Shown: piece after piece, positions 1 through 9,690 of the stretch
Position numbering within the stretch: the stretch's first letter is position 1
How the letters are laid out: every line of letters starts with the position of its first letter
Program-made: the position numbers and the translations under genes
Assembly (NCBI GenBank): GCA_963667015.2
Contig: CAXXJJ010000001.1
Span: forward strand, 2,780,555-2,844,554
Length of the DNA stretch: 64,000 nt
Reading direction: 5' to 3'
From: Desulfatiglandales bacterium
Lineage (GTDB): Bacteria; Desulfobacterota; DSM-4660; Desulfatiglandales; HGW-15
Notes under the pieces: generated by a model
Seen by the model: only the letters and a program-made list of their open reading frames with translations
Databases searched by the model: none
Told to the model about the DNA's origin: nothing

Positions 1-1314
1 TATGATATGGCCCCTCAGGCCGAGTTCCATCTTTTAAAGGTTTTGTACTCGACGGATATCCTTCAGGCACTTGAATACTGCATTGATAATTCCATTGATA
101 TTATATCCTTCTCGATCGGAACAAGCGGAACCGGCCCCGGAGACGGAACCGGGCCCTTTGATGAGGCCTTTGATGAAGTCAGGGAACACGGCATTCTGAC
201 CGTGGCATCGGCCGGGAATGGAGGAAATTTTACTTCTCTTGATGGTGTTACCATAGGGGCACACTGGAAAGGTGTATTCAGGGATAGTAATAACGATAAT
301 TGCCATGAATTTCTTGATGGAAATACCGAGGTAGATATTAATATTTTTGGGGCATATGCCACAACAAATGATGACGGTGACCCGGAGGATGGTGAGGTCA
401 GTGTTTTATTAAGATGGAACGACTGGATTAAAGCGGACATAGACTATGATATGATCCTGTTTGAATATGACCCCGAGACAGGAGATGTTGAGGAAATCGC
501 TTCATCAACATATGTACAGGATGGTTCACCCTACGAACCTGTTGAATATATATCTCTGGATATCTCTGACAACGAGCCCGATCCCCCCTGGCATTATTAT
601 GCAGTCGCTATCGTAAAGGAAGCCGGATCAGATAATGTAGAGATGGAACTGTCCCTTGGCATGACAAGTGTATTTCTGCCCTTTGATGCTAATTCAGATC
701 CAATCGCTACGTCATCAAGCTCTCTTAATGAACCCGCCGATGCGGAAAGTGTACTGGCTGTGGGTGCAATAGATTATGAGCGCTGGACCACAGGACCACA
801 GGAAGGTTTCAGTTCCCAGGGGCCAACCAACGCGTGGGCAGGCAGTATCGCCAGGAGAAAGCCTGATGTCATGGGGCCTGATGGTATCAGTACCTATACC
901 TATGGCAGTTCGTCATCCGGTGACGGGTTTTATGGGACTTCTGCTGCTACACCTCATGTTGCCGGATTAGCCGCGCTGATACTTTCAAAGTATCCCGGAA
1001 TGACCCCGGATGAACTGCAGGACGCCATTGAGTCAAATGCCATAGATATGGGCACATACGGAAAAGATAATATCTACGGTTGGGGTAGAATCCAGGCAAT
1101 CACCGATCTGTCTGATGACACAGATGACGATGATGACGATGGCAGCAGTGGAGGAGGTGGCGGTGGAGGATGTTTTGTTAATACAGCGGGTCTTGATTCT
1201 TTTGCAGGATCTTATATCGTTTTATTTCTTGTTGCCGTAATGTCGGTCTTTATTGTTATAAAAGCTTATGCCAGATTGAAAAAATCTGAATTTTACGCCA
1301 GAAATAGAGAATAA
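1..1314 (+). CDS. S8 (subtilisin-family) serine protease, 5'-truncated by the window, with a C-terminal Gly-rich/Cys/TM sorting tail
   Basis: Oxyanion motif ASAGNGG, KPDVMGPDG, catalytic Ser motif GTSAATPHVAG and YGWGRI are present. The catalytic Asp and His are missing and the frame is open at base 1. Tail is SSGGGGGGGCFV + hydrophobic helix + basic residues. Confidence 0.9.
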   Translation, partial: YDMAPQAEFHLLKVLYSTDILQALEYCIDNSIDIISFSIGTSGTGPGDGTGPFDEAFDEVREHGILTVASAGNGGNFTSLDGVTIGAHWKGVFRDSNNDNCHEFLDGNTEVDINIFGAYATTNDDGDPEDGEVSVLLRWNDWIKADIDYDMILFEYDPETGDVEEIASSTYVQDGSPYEPVEYISLDISDNEPDPPWHYYAVAIVKEAGSDNVEMELSLGMTSVFLPFDANSDPIATSSSSLNEPADAESVLAVGAIDYERWTTGPQEGFSSQGPTNAWAGSIARRKPDVMGPDGISTYTYGSSSSGDGFYGTSAATPHVAGLAALILSKYPGMTPDELQDAIESNAIDMGTYGKDNIYGWGRIQAITDLSDDTDDDDDDGSSGGGGGGGCFVNTAGLDSFAGSYIVLFLVAVMSVFIVIKAYARLKKSEFYARNRE

Positions 1315-1512
1315 ATCCAAATCAGTTAAAAACTGAAGATATTTCAGCTTTTGCTTTATTATTCAGATGTCAGTGCGAGATCGTTAGGGCGGGCGGGGAA
1401 TAAAATAGTATAATTCATATGGCGTGAACCCGCCTGATAACCTGACGCCTTTTATTGAGTAATAATTTCGGATTTCCAGCTTTATTACTACATATAATGT
1501 GATCCTGTGTAA

Positions 1513-1577
1513 TAATACATCATTTAATACATCATGGAAGATCATATCTTGACAAAGACCCCAACCAACAATATTAT
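1513..1577 (+). promoter_or_regulatory. Sigma70-type promoter of the MFS gene with an upstream direct repeat
   Basis: TTGACA(1549-1554)-N17-TATTAT(1572-1577). TAATACATCAT occurs twice, at 1513-1523 and 1525-1535. Confidence 0.6.
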
Positions 1578-1694
1578 GTGCCGCCAGTAGCTCTTTAAAA
1601 ATCATTAAAAAATTTTTCAGCCCCCCTTAAAGGGACTTCTTATCAACCATTTTCGGCAGTTATTCAGCTTGAATAACATACTTAAGGAGGTCCA

Positions 1695-2948
1695 ATGAAT
1701 CAGCAATCTACTGCAATACCGAAAACGCCGGCATATGCCTGGGCAATAGTGTTCGCTCTATACATGGTCACGTTGTCATCGACTCTTAATCTGTTCAAGG
1801 TGCCACCCCTGATGGTTACACTAAATAATGAATTTAAGGTGACCTTTGTCGAAACAGGCGATCTGATGGGCATCTTTTCGATCATGGGATTTGTTCTTGC
1901 TCTTCCTGCCGGTTTTATTCTTAGAAAAATCGGAATCAAGGCTACTGCATTGATTTCTGTTGCCGCTGTAGCAATAGGGCCTGCAATTGGTGCTTTGGCA
2001 ACAACATTTTTAATGCTCAAGGTAGGACGATTCATCGAAGGAGTAGGGATGGGGCTGATTATGGTAACCGCACCACTGGCAATCAGCATGTGGTTTCCTT
2101 TACAGAAAACATCTCTGCCCACAGGAATATGGGCAACCAGTGTTGCAATAGGTAATATAGTTATGCTGTTTATTGCACCATTAATTGATGCAGCCTACGG
2201 CTGGAAATATGTGTGGTGGTTATGCGCTGGTTTCTCAGCTCTCTCTTTCATAATATTTGCAATTATGTTCCGTATGCCGAGGGCAGATGAAATGGAACCT
2301 GCTCCAGCTCCGCCTCCAGGTGAGGATGCCTCCCCCAGCCTGTTTAAAGGAATGGCTAACCGCAGTTTCTGGATGATCGGTGTCGCATTCGGCTGTTATA
2401 ACCTTGTTGTTATGGCTGTAACTAATGTTTACCCGTCATACCTCATGGAATTTAAGGGTTTTCTACCGACATACGATAATGGTCTTCTATTGTATGCCTC
2501 GTTTGTAACCGCTTTTGTATTTGGTGCTTCAATCTTTTCATCACCGATCGGAGGCTGGATATCTGACACTATTGGTAAACGTAAGATTATGATTATTATT
2601 CCCTTTGCCCTTGTGACCTTAACCTTCCTTTTCCCATTTAATGTTGATGGAGGTATGATTCCTCTGTATACGCTCATATTTGGTATTCTGCATGGTCCTC
2701 TCGCAGCGGTACTTCTTGCTTCAGTTCCTGAAGTAGCAAAGAAACCCCAGTTTATCGGAATAGGTATGGCTATTGCTATTTTCCTTCAGAATATTGGAAT
2801 GTTTCTTGCCGGCATACTGTTTCCGCGAATTCAGGCGGCTTATGCAGCAACAGCAGGCATACAGGAAAGCTGGGCAATTGCCGGGTACTGGATGATTCCT
2901 TTTGGTGTGCTTGGAATTATTGCTACCCTGTTTGTTAAGGTCCGATAA
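1695..2948 (+). CDS. MFS transporter
   Basis: About 12 hydrophobic segments, motif-A-like GWISDTIGKRK, GRFIEGVG; RBS AAGGAGG. Confidence 0.9.
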   Translation: MNQQSTAIPKTPAYAWAIVFALYMVTLSSTLNLFKVPPLMVTLNNEFKVTFVETGDLMGIFSIMGFVLALPAGFILRKIGIKATALISVAAVAIGPAIGALATTFLMLKVGRFIEGVGMGLIMVTAPLAISMWFPLQKTSLPTGIWATSVAIGNIVMLFIAPLIDAAYGWKYVWWLCAGFSALSFIIFAIMFRMPRADEMEPAPAPPPGEDASPSLFKGMANRSFWMIGVAFGCYNLVVMAVTNVYPSYLMEFKGFLPTYDNGLLLYASFVTAFVFGASIFSSPIGGWISDTIGKRKIMIIIPFALVTLTFLFPFNVDGGMIPLYTLIFGILHGPLAAVLLASVPEVAKKPQFIGIGMAIAIFLQNIGMFLAGILFPRIQAAYAATAGIQESWAIAGYWMIPFGVLGIIATLFVKVR

Positions 2949-2960
2949 TATTAAAGGCTC

Positions 2961-2992
2961 TCCCCATCATTAATTAAATTATTGATGGGGAG
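2961..2992. terminator. Stem-loop after the MFS gene
   Basis: CTCCCCATCA...TGATGGGGAG inverted repeat. Confidence 0.5.
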
Positions 2993-3008
2993 GTTTTAGG
3001 AGGTTTTC

Positions 3009-3767
3009 ATGCGTTCAGGTTTTAAAGGCTCTGCACTTGTGCTTGTGTTGGCGTTATTTTTTTCATGCTCTGCAGTTAACAGCAACTTCTCCAATCCTAA
3101 AAATATTGAAAAGGCAGTTACGCAACTGACCGAATCGGGAATTCCGCTCCAGGCTGACCCTCAGGGCAATGTTCGCTGGATAGAAGCCAAGAACGGTGAA
3201 TTCAAGGATACTTCCATGCGTTATCTTCCAGGACTGCCGGGACTTGAATGGCTGGAGATAAGTAATAGCACTCTTTCTGACAATGGTTTGAAATATCTGA
3301 AAAATTGTACAGGCATTAAAAGGTTATATATACATGACATGGATCTTACGGGAGAAGAATTGAAATGGATATCGAATCTTAATCAGCTTGAGGCACTGGC
3401 ACTGCAAAACACTCAGATCGATGGTGCATTTTTAAAACACCTGAGTGCTGTAAATACGCTCAGGGTCTTGAACCTGAGCGGCAATAATATATCTGATGAA
3501 GACATGGCCCAGATAGCCCGTTTTAAGAATCTTGAAGTTCTCTCTCTTGCAAACACTAAAATAAGCGGAACGGGAATAAAGAGTCTTGAAGGAATGGCGA
3601 GGCTCAATGAGTTTAATATCGAAAATTGCGGTGTATTTGATAATGATTTAACATCATTTCTGACTATGCCCAACCTTCGAATTGTGTATGCAACAGGTTG
3701 CGAATTAAGTGGTTATGCAATTGGAAATATCATCGCAAGGTTTCCGTCACTGGCAATTTTTCTTTAG
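3009..3767 (+). CDS. Leucine-rich-repeat lipoprotein
   Basis: Lipobox-like LFFSC after a hydrophobic leader; repeated LxxLxLxNxxIxD units. Confidence 0.85.
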   Translation: MRSGFKGSALVLVLALFFSCSAVNSNFSNPKNIEKAVTQLTESGIPLQADPQGNVRWIEAKNGEFKDTSMRYLPGLPGLEWLEISNSTLSDNGLKYLKNCTGIKRLYIHDMDLTGEELKWISNLNQLEALALQNTQIDGAFLKHLSAVNTLRVLNLSGNNISDEDMAQIARFKNLEVLSLANTKISGTGIKSLEGMARLNEFNIENCGVFDNDLTSFLTMPNLRIVYATGCELSGYAIGNIIARFPSLAIFL

Positions 3768-3805
3768 AATATTATAGAGTTATCTTAGCTTATAAAGGAA
3801 CCTCA

Positions 3806-4402
3806 ATGTATCAATTTAAACAAAATATAAGACGATTGGTTTTAATAGCGACTCTGCTTATCCTTGTTTCGGCTCCACTGGTTGCTGATGAAAACGCAGA
3901 TGAACCCATATTTATTCAGACACCCGATGTTGTATATGTCGGAACACCATATGATATTGTGTCTCAAATGCTTCACATGGCTGATGTAAAGAAAGATGAC
4001 ATTGTAGTTGATTTGGGATGCGGAGATGCAAGGATGCTGGTTCTGGCAGCGCAAAAGTATGGGAGCAGGGGAATAGGCTATGAAATTGACCCTGTGATGG
4101 TCCGGGAGTCCAGAAAAAATGCTGAAAAAAATAAGGTCTCAGACCTGGTGGAGATAGTTCAGGCAGATATTTTTAAAGTTGATATCAGTGATGCGGATGT
4201 GCTTCCTGTCTACCTCCTGCCTGAAATGAACCTGAGGCTTGTGCCACAGTTTGAAACTCTTAAACCCGGTTCAAGACTGGTATTTCATAACTATGACCTT
4301 GCAGGGTATGTATATGATAAAAAGATAGAAATAATATCAAATGAGGATAATTCCAGGCATACATTGTGGCTGTACACTACGCCATTAAAGAAGATTTTTT
4401 AG
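3806..4402 (+). CDS. Class I SAM-dependent methyltransferase with an N-terminal signal peptide
   Basis: VVDLGCGDAR motif I, GIGYEID, ADIF. Start moved to ATG 3806 (AAGGA RBS). Confidence 0.85.
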   Translation: MYQFKQNIRRLVLIATLLILVSAPLVADENADEPIFIQTPDVVYVGTPYDIVSQMLHMADVKKDDIVVDLGCGDARMLVLAAQKYGSRGIGYEIDPVMVRESRKNAEKNKVSDLVEIVQADIFKVDISDADVLPVYLLPEMNLRLVPQFETLKPGSRLVFHNYDLAGYVYDKKIEIISNEDNSRHTLWLYTTPLKKIF

Positions 4403-6672
4403 AATGATGCTTCTATAGTCAATACTTCCCTGATTTTTGCGGCGAGTTCTTTTTTTGTAAAGGGTTTCTGTAATAAAAATACATCCTTGTCCAGGACTCC
4501 TCTATGGACAATAATATCCGATGCATAACCGGACATGAAAAGAACTTTTAAGCCAGGGAAAAGAACCCTTAATTTTTCTGAAAGGTCACGTCCGTTTAAC
4601 TCCGGCATGATAACGTCAGTTATTAGAAAAGCAATCGATTCAGTACTGTTCTCGGCAAGGTCAATCGCCTCTTTGGGTGAATTGGCAGCCAATACTCTGT
4701 AGCCCATTTTATTGAGCATTCTTTTTGTAACCGCCAGTATGCTTGTATCATCTTCAACCAGTAAAATCGTCTCATTATTATTTGAACCTGCTGTCTCAAT
4801 GTTTTGTGGAAGGGTTTCAACAGATCGGTCACTCACCTTGGGAAAATAAATCCTGAATGTCGTACCATATCCCGGCTCACTGTAGACATTGATGAAACCA
4901 TTATTTTGTTTCACAATACCATAGACCGTTGACAGCCCTAATCCTGTTCCTTTCCCAATGGCTTTTGTGCTGAAAAAGGGTTCAAAAATATGGTTTAGAG
5001 TCGCTGAATCCATTCCTTTGCCATCGTCAGTTACTGTCAATTGCACATAGTGACCGGGTGTATACCCTTTATGCATGGAGCAGTACTCATCATCAAATTC
5101 GGCATTTGCAGTTTCAATAATAATCTTGCCAATACCACTTATTGCGTCTCTGGCATTAACACATAGATTGGCAAGGATTTGATCGATCTGTGACGGATCA
5201 ATATAGATAGGACATATATCTTCATTGGGGTTCCAGATAAGATCAATATCCTCTCCGATCAGCGGAATAAGCATTCTGAGCATATTTTCAACAGTATCGT
5301 TGAGGTCGAGAGTTTTAGGATCAATAGATTGTTGACGGGCAAAGGCCAGAAGTTGGCGTGTAAGATCCTTTGATCTGGTCGCAGCTTCAAGGACCTGCTG
5401 CAGGTCAGCATACAAAGGATCATTTTTAGGGAGGCCCTCAAGGGCTAACTCTGTATAACCCATAATAATGCTGATCATGTTGTTGAAATCATGCGCGACT
5501 CCACCTGCCAGTCTGCCGACAGCCTCCATCTTTTGAGACTGACGTAACTGATTTTCAATCTCTTCCCGGTTTTCCTCTGCGAGACTGAGTCGTGTGCTCA
5601 TCCTGTTGAATTCATCGACCAGTGTTGCCAGGGCATTTGTTTCGGTTACCTCTATCCTGTGGGAAAAGTTTCCATCGGATATATGTTGAAAGGCCTGCTG
5701 CAGGCGGCGGGCAGCAGCATCTTCCATTTCGGTTTTTGGTAACCCTGAAAAAAGTATCCAGTTGACGCCTGGCACACGGGAATGACAGAAAACCCATTCT
5801 GTATCGTCTTTATCTGTGATAAATTGAACACCGCTTTCCGTTTTACTAACGGTTTTCAGGTTTAAGTTTTTCCATTCTCCTCCCAATTCGGTGATAGGAT
5901 GTAAAAAAATACTGCCGCGCCTGTCATCTATTTTTGCCTGCAGTTCGTCATGCAGGATCAGCATACCCTGCTGATCCACAATAAATTTGGATTGATTGGG
6001 AAATGGTGTATGGGTAGAAAAATTCCTGTATAAATATCTGATCGGAAGATCAATACTCCACAGGCCAAGGAAGGTTTCTCCCTTCCATAAAGGGATAGAT
6101 ACGGAAAGGATTATACCCTCACCTGCATAATCTACTGTTGGTGGTGTCCAGCGAATTTGTCTTTCGGGATTGTTTTCAGGATCTACAGAAATAAAAGTGT
6201 GATATGAAGTCCAGTCAAAATCAAAGGGAATAGTGCTTCCCTGATCGATATAGGGATACTGCAGAGAAGCGTTGGCTGCATCCTGATAATATATCCAGCC
6301 TATATCCCCCAGGCGTTCATGGATATGTTTAAGATGACTGCCGATATTTCTATGACAATACATATTTCTGCGTATGACCGGATTTAACTTAAGATCCTTG
6401 CTCCAGGAGATACTGACTGCGTCAGAAGGGGCTTTGCCACTCCTGAATGCTGATACAAGGGGTATACTCTGAAAAAAGCCATCTTCATCTATTTCAAAAT
6501 TTTCATGTTGCAGCCATGCATCAATTTTTTTATCAGTAATATCATCCTGGTCGGTGAGAAGCAGGCTTATTCGCTGAAGTTCTTCCAAGGCATTGTACAA
6601 TCTTTCAATCTGCTGGGAAAGTGCCGCACTATATGTTTCCAACTGCCATTTCAAGCCGTCAATTTCATTCAT
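4399..6672 (-). CDS. Hybrid sensor histidine kinase/response regulator (Cache-like, HAMP, HisKA, HATPase, REC)
   Basis: H-box AGGVAHDFNN, N-box NLCVNARDA, GTGLGLS, C-terminal receiver LLVEDD...ITDVIMP...KPF. Confidence 0.92.
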   Translation of the reverse strand: MNEIDGLKWQLETYSAALSQQIERLYNALEELQRISLLLTDQDDITDKKIDAWLQHENFEIDEDGFFQSIPLVSAFRSGKAPSDAVSISWSKDLKLNPVIRRNMYCHRNIGSHLKHIHERLGDIGWIYYQDAANASLQYPYIDQGSTIPFDFDWTSYHTFISVDPENNPERQIRWTPPTVDYAGEGIILSVSIPLWKGETFLGLWSIDLPIRYLYRNFSTHTPFPNQSKFIVDQQGMLILHDELQAKIDDRRGSIFLHPITELGGEWKNLNLKTVSKTESGVQFITDKDDTEWVFCHSRVPGVNWILFSGLPKTEMEDAAARRLQQAFQHISDGNFSHRIEVTETNALATLVDEFNRMSTRLSLAEENREEIENQLRQSQKMEAVGRLAGGVAHDFNNMISIIMGYTELALEGLPKNDPLYADLQQVLEAATRSKDLTRQLLAFARQQSIDPKTLDLNDTVENMLRMLIPLIGEDIDLIWNPNEDICPIYIDPSQIDQILANLCVNARDAISGIGKIIIETANAEFDDEYCSMHKGYTPGHYVQLTVTDDGKGMDSATLNHIFEPFFSTKAIGKGTGLGLSTVYGIVKQNNGFINVYSEPGYGTTFRIYFPKVSDRSVETLPQNIETAGSNNNETILLVEDDTSILAVTKRMLNKMGYRVLAANSPKEAIDLAENSTESIAFLITDVIMPELNGRDLSEKLRVLFPGLKVLFMSGYASDIIVHRGVLDKDVFLLQKPFTKKELAAKIREVLTIEASF

Positions 6673-6982
6673 CTATTGTTGCCTTTGGATAAGTTTATTA
6701 TTTTGTTAAAATAATACAGCAGCTAGAGTGTTAAGTAGAAGGTTAATATGAAATCTTCAGGTTTTGAGGTTTAAATTGAGGTATTTTTAATAATATAATA
6801 ATATTGATCTGTAGCCACCGATAACCTGAAACCGGGCAACTGAATTAAACAATTATTTCTATTTTAACAATATTTTGGATATGAAGCAATTATCTTTATT
6901 CTGACATGTTTTAATGAAAAAAAGGCAGTCAACTGTTATTTGACAGGGATTAAAAACAGATAATTTTAACCTATATTATGAG

Positions 6983-7645
6983 GTGAAAAACATGCCCCTG
7001 CGTTTGTTAATAACAATGTGTTTAATAGTGTTGCTGGCAATTGTACCTGCTTATTCAGATAATCTTACTGCAGTTCAGAAGCTGGACGATAAGGTGAAAA
7101 AATTTCTTTTTGAACATGAATACGGATGGCGCGATATGAACGTGCCTGAAGTGGACGGGAAAAAATTGTATGATCTCGTCATCAAAGGGAACTATAAAAC
7201 CGCACTTGAAATAGGGACTTCCACCGGACATTCCGCAATCTGGATAGCCTGGGCCTTGAGTAAAACAGGGGGTAAGCTTATAACCATTGAGATTGATGAA
7301 CAGAGGTATAGTGAAGCCCTGGCAAACTTTAAAAAGGCCGGGGTATCGGAATTTATTGATGCCAGACTGGCAGATGCCCACGAACTGGTAAAAGAATTGA
7401 AAGGTCCCTTTGATTTTGTGTTCTGTGATGCGGATAAGGGATGGTACAAAAACTATTTCATAGATCTCGACCGGAAGATGAAAACAGGAGGCTGTTATAC
7501 TGCACATAATGTTTCTGATTCTGTGTGGGGAAGGGGTGGAATGGGGACAGGCGAGTTCAGAAATTATATTAAATCACTTGAAAGGTACAATACAGAATTT
7601 TTTACCGAAGGTTCAGGCCTGTCGATCAGTTATAAGATACGTTAG
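6983..7645 (+). CDS. O-methyltransferase-like protein with a signal peptide
   Basis: LEIGTSTGHS, TIEID, FDFVFCDADK motifs; hydrophobic leader ending AYS-D. Confidence 0.85.
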   Translation: MKNMPLRLLITMCLIVLLAIVPAYSDNLTAVQKLDDKVKKFLFEHEYGWRDMNVPEVDGKKLYDLVIKGNYKTALEIGTSTGHSAIWIAWALSKTGGKLITIEIDEQRYSEALANFKKAGVSEFIDARLADAHELVKELKGPFDFVFCDADKGWYKNYFIDLDRKMKTGGCYTAHNVSDSVWGRGGMGTGEFRNYIKSLERYNTEFFTEGSGLSISYKIR

Positions 7646-7649
7646 AAAT

Positions 7650-7676
7650 TTCCGGCCGGATAAAAACCGGCCGGAA
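7650..7676. terminator. Hairpin between convergent genes
   Basis: TTCCGGCCGG-ATAAAAA-CCGGCCGGAA. Confidence 0.7.
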
Positions 7677-7686
7677 CTGTAACATA

Positions 7687-8127
7687 CTACTCATTAACCC
7701 TTACAACCATTACGGGAACAGTTGAAAGTTTGACAATTCGGTGTGCAACACTGCCAAGCAGTACTCTTTCAAGACCTGCCCTGCTGTGCCCCATAATAAT
7801 CAGATCTTCTCCATTCTTTTCTGCATACTCGACTATTTCATCTGCAGGATTTCCTGAAAAAATTTCAGTTTTGACATTAAATCCTTTAAATACTTCTTCA
7901 GAAAATGCTTTCATCTTGGTTTCTGCTGCAGAGACAAGCTCTGTTTCAAAGCTTGCAAGTCCCGCTGAAGGTACCTCCAGAGAGCTGTAATAGGGGCCGA
8001 CGCTGACTACATATATGACTGTAATTTCTGACCCGAATTTTTCTGCCATCAGTTTCACATGTTCTGCAATTGTTTTTGAATCCTCGCTTAGATCCGTAGG
8101 AAAAAGAATCTTTTTATATCCTTCCAT
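7687..8127 (-). CDS. Universal stress protein (UspA family)
   Basis: KKILFPTDLS, GNPADEIV, DLIIMG, LLGSVAHRIV...PVMVV. Confidence 0.93.
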   Translation of the reverse strand: MEGYKKILFPTDLSEDSKTIAEHVKLMAEKFGSEITVIYVVSVGPYYSSLEVPSAGLASFETELVSAAETKMKAFSEEVFKGFNVKTEIFSGNPADEIVEYAEKNGEDLIIMGHSRAGLERVLLGSVAHRIVKLSTVPVMVVRVNE

Positions 8128-8340
8128 TTTTATCCTCCTTTCTCATCTGTTGTGCGTTTAATAAATTTTCAAATATCCGAGAAGGCCTTTATTAATAAAA
8201 TAATAACAGAAATTGCATTTTCCAGCAATCAGGGCTTGAAATAGCAAATAAATGCAAATATATTCAATCCATTCGACCGATACTAATTATTTATATCTCA
8301 ATCTTTTCTTATTATGTAACTTTAGCGGGAAAATTTGATA

Positions 8341-8973
8341 ATGGAAAAAAATGAAAAGTTGGCAATAGCGCTTGGAAGTGAATTGAATATGCAGATTGAT
8401 GGCATGGAAGAAAAGTTCAAGTCAATCCTAATTGGTATTGAAGCTCCGACCTATATAATGGTTAGAATGCGGATCCCAAGCAGGTTTCGAAATCAGATAG
8501 ATAATGGCACAATTTTTCTTGTCCAGTATGTTTATATGGGACATTTATACGGCTTCAGGACAAAATCGCTTGGTTCGGTTGAAAAACCCTACAAAGTAAC
8601 CTTTCTTTCATACCCTGAGAAAGTTGAAAGTTTAAATATCAGAAAGGCCCCGCGGGTAAGCTGCTTTATTCCTGCCACCCTTGAAACAGACAAAGAACAG
8701 CTCAGAGGGCTGGTTATGGAAATAAGTAAAAGCGGAATCCGTTTTACCATAAAAACCGATAAAGGGGATACTAATGATATGAAGATAAATGATTCCCTTG
8801 AAATATCTTTTCCTCTACTCGGGTTTGAAGGTATACATAAATTAAAGGGAATTATCAAAAGCATAAACTGTGATGCTACAGGAACATCATTTGGCATCCA
8901 ATTCAAAGATATAACGTCTTCACTTGAAGAGATGATTGACAGCTATGTAAGGGATGTTCTGGATATTCTTTAA
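8341..8973 (+). CDS. PilZ-domain (YcgR/flagellar-brake-like) c-di-GMP receptor
   Basis: RKAPR (RxxxR) and EISKSG ((D/E)xSxxG) motifs with an N-terminal beta domain. Confidence 0.85.
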   Translation: MEKNEKLAIALGSELNMQIDGMEEKFKSILIGIEAPTYIMVRMRIPSRFRNQIDNGTIFLVQYVYMGHLYGFRTKSLGSVEKPYKVTFLSYPEKVESLNIRKAPRVSCFIPATLETDKEQLRGLVMEISKSGIRFTIKTDKGDTNDMKINDSLEISFPLLGFEGIHKLKGIIKSINCDATGTSFGIQFKDITSSLEEMIDSYVRDVLDIL

Positions 8974-8988
8974 TTAAGGAGGGACAGT

Positions 8989-9564
8989 ATGAAGGTATTG
9001 GGTATTAACGGAAGTGCACGAAAAGACGGAAACACTGCCATAATGATAAAGAGTGTTTTTAATGAACTTGAAAAAGAGGGCATAGAAACAGAACTTCTGC
9101 AATTTTCAGGAAAAACAATACATGGCTGCAAGGCCTGTATGAAATGTTTTGAGAATAAAGATAAAAGATGCGCTTTTGATAATGACGATTTTAACGAATG
9201 TCTTGAGAAGATGATAGAAGCAGATGGTATTATCCTGGGGTCACCCACATATTTTACCGATGTAACCGCAGAGATGAAGGGCCTGATCGACAGGGCTGGC
9301 TTTGTATCCTTTGCAAACGGTAGATTTTTCAGAAGAAAAACCGGGGCTGCTGTTGTTGCAGTGAGAAGGGCAGGAAGCATTCATGTCTTTGATACGCTGA
9401 ATCATTTCTTTTTCATCACCGAGATGATGGTGCCAGGTTCCAGTTACTGGAATATGGGATTTGGGATGAACAAGGGTGAGGTGGAAAAGGATGAAGAGGG
9501 TTTAAGGACAATGAGAGTTCTCGGCGAAAATATGGCGTGGATGATGAAACGTCTTTATGAATAA
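8989..9564 (+). CDS. Flavodoxin-family / iron-sulfur flavoprotein
   Basis: GSARKDGNT, CKACMKC...C, GSPTYF. Confidence 0.9.
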   Translation: MKVLGINGSARKDGNTAIMIKSVFNELEKEGIETELLQFSGKTIHGCKACMKCFENKDKRCAFDNDDFNECLEKMIEADGIILGSPTYFTDVTAEMKGLIDRAGFVSFANGRFFRRKTGAAVVAVRRAGSIHVFDTLNHFFFITEMMVPGSSYWNMGFGMNKGEVEKDEEGLRTMRVLGENMAWMMKRLYE

Positions 9565-9616
9565 AAGAGATTTAATGTAGTGAGTCGACTTTGATTGTCA
9601 CTGCAGATTGCTAAAT

Positions 9617-9686
9617 GGTCTACGGTTTACGGTTTAAGGTGTACGGAAAAATAAATCCGTAAACCGCACACCGCATACCGTAAACC
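9617..9686. repeat. Heptamer-periodic inverted repeat between convergent genes
   Basis: (ACGGTTT/AAGGTGT)n arm mirrored by an (AAACCGC/ACACCGC/ATACCGT)n arm. Confidence 0.75.
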
Positions 9687-9690
9687 GGTT

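Noticed and set aside
1369..1450. Imperfect inverted repeat (GTCAG..GGCGGG / CCCGCC..CTGAC) as a riboswitch or ncRNA
   Set aside because: It lies upstream of the predicted promoter and matches no aptamer consensus I recognise.
8255..8283. Sigma28 promoter (ACCGATAC) upstream of the PilZ gene
   Set aside because: Only the -10-like half matches; there is no correctly spaced TAAA -35.
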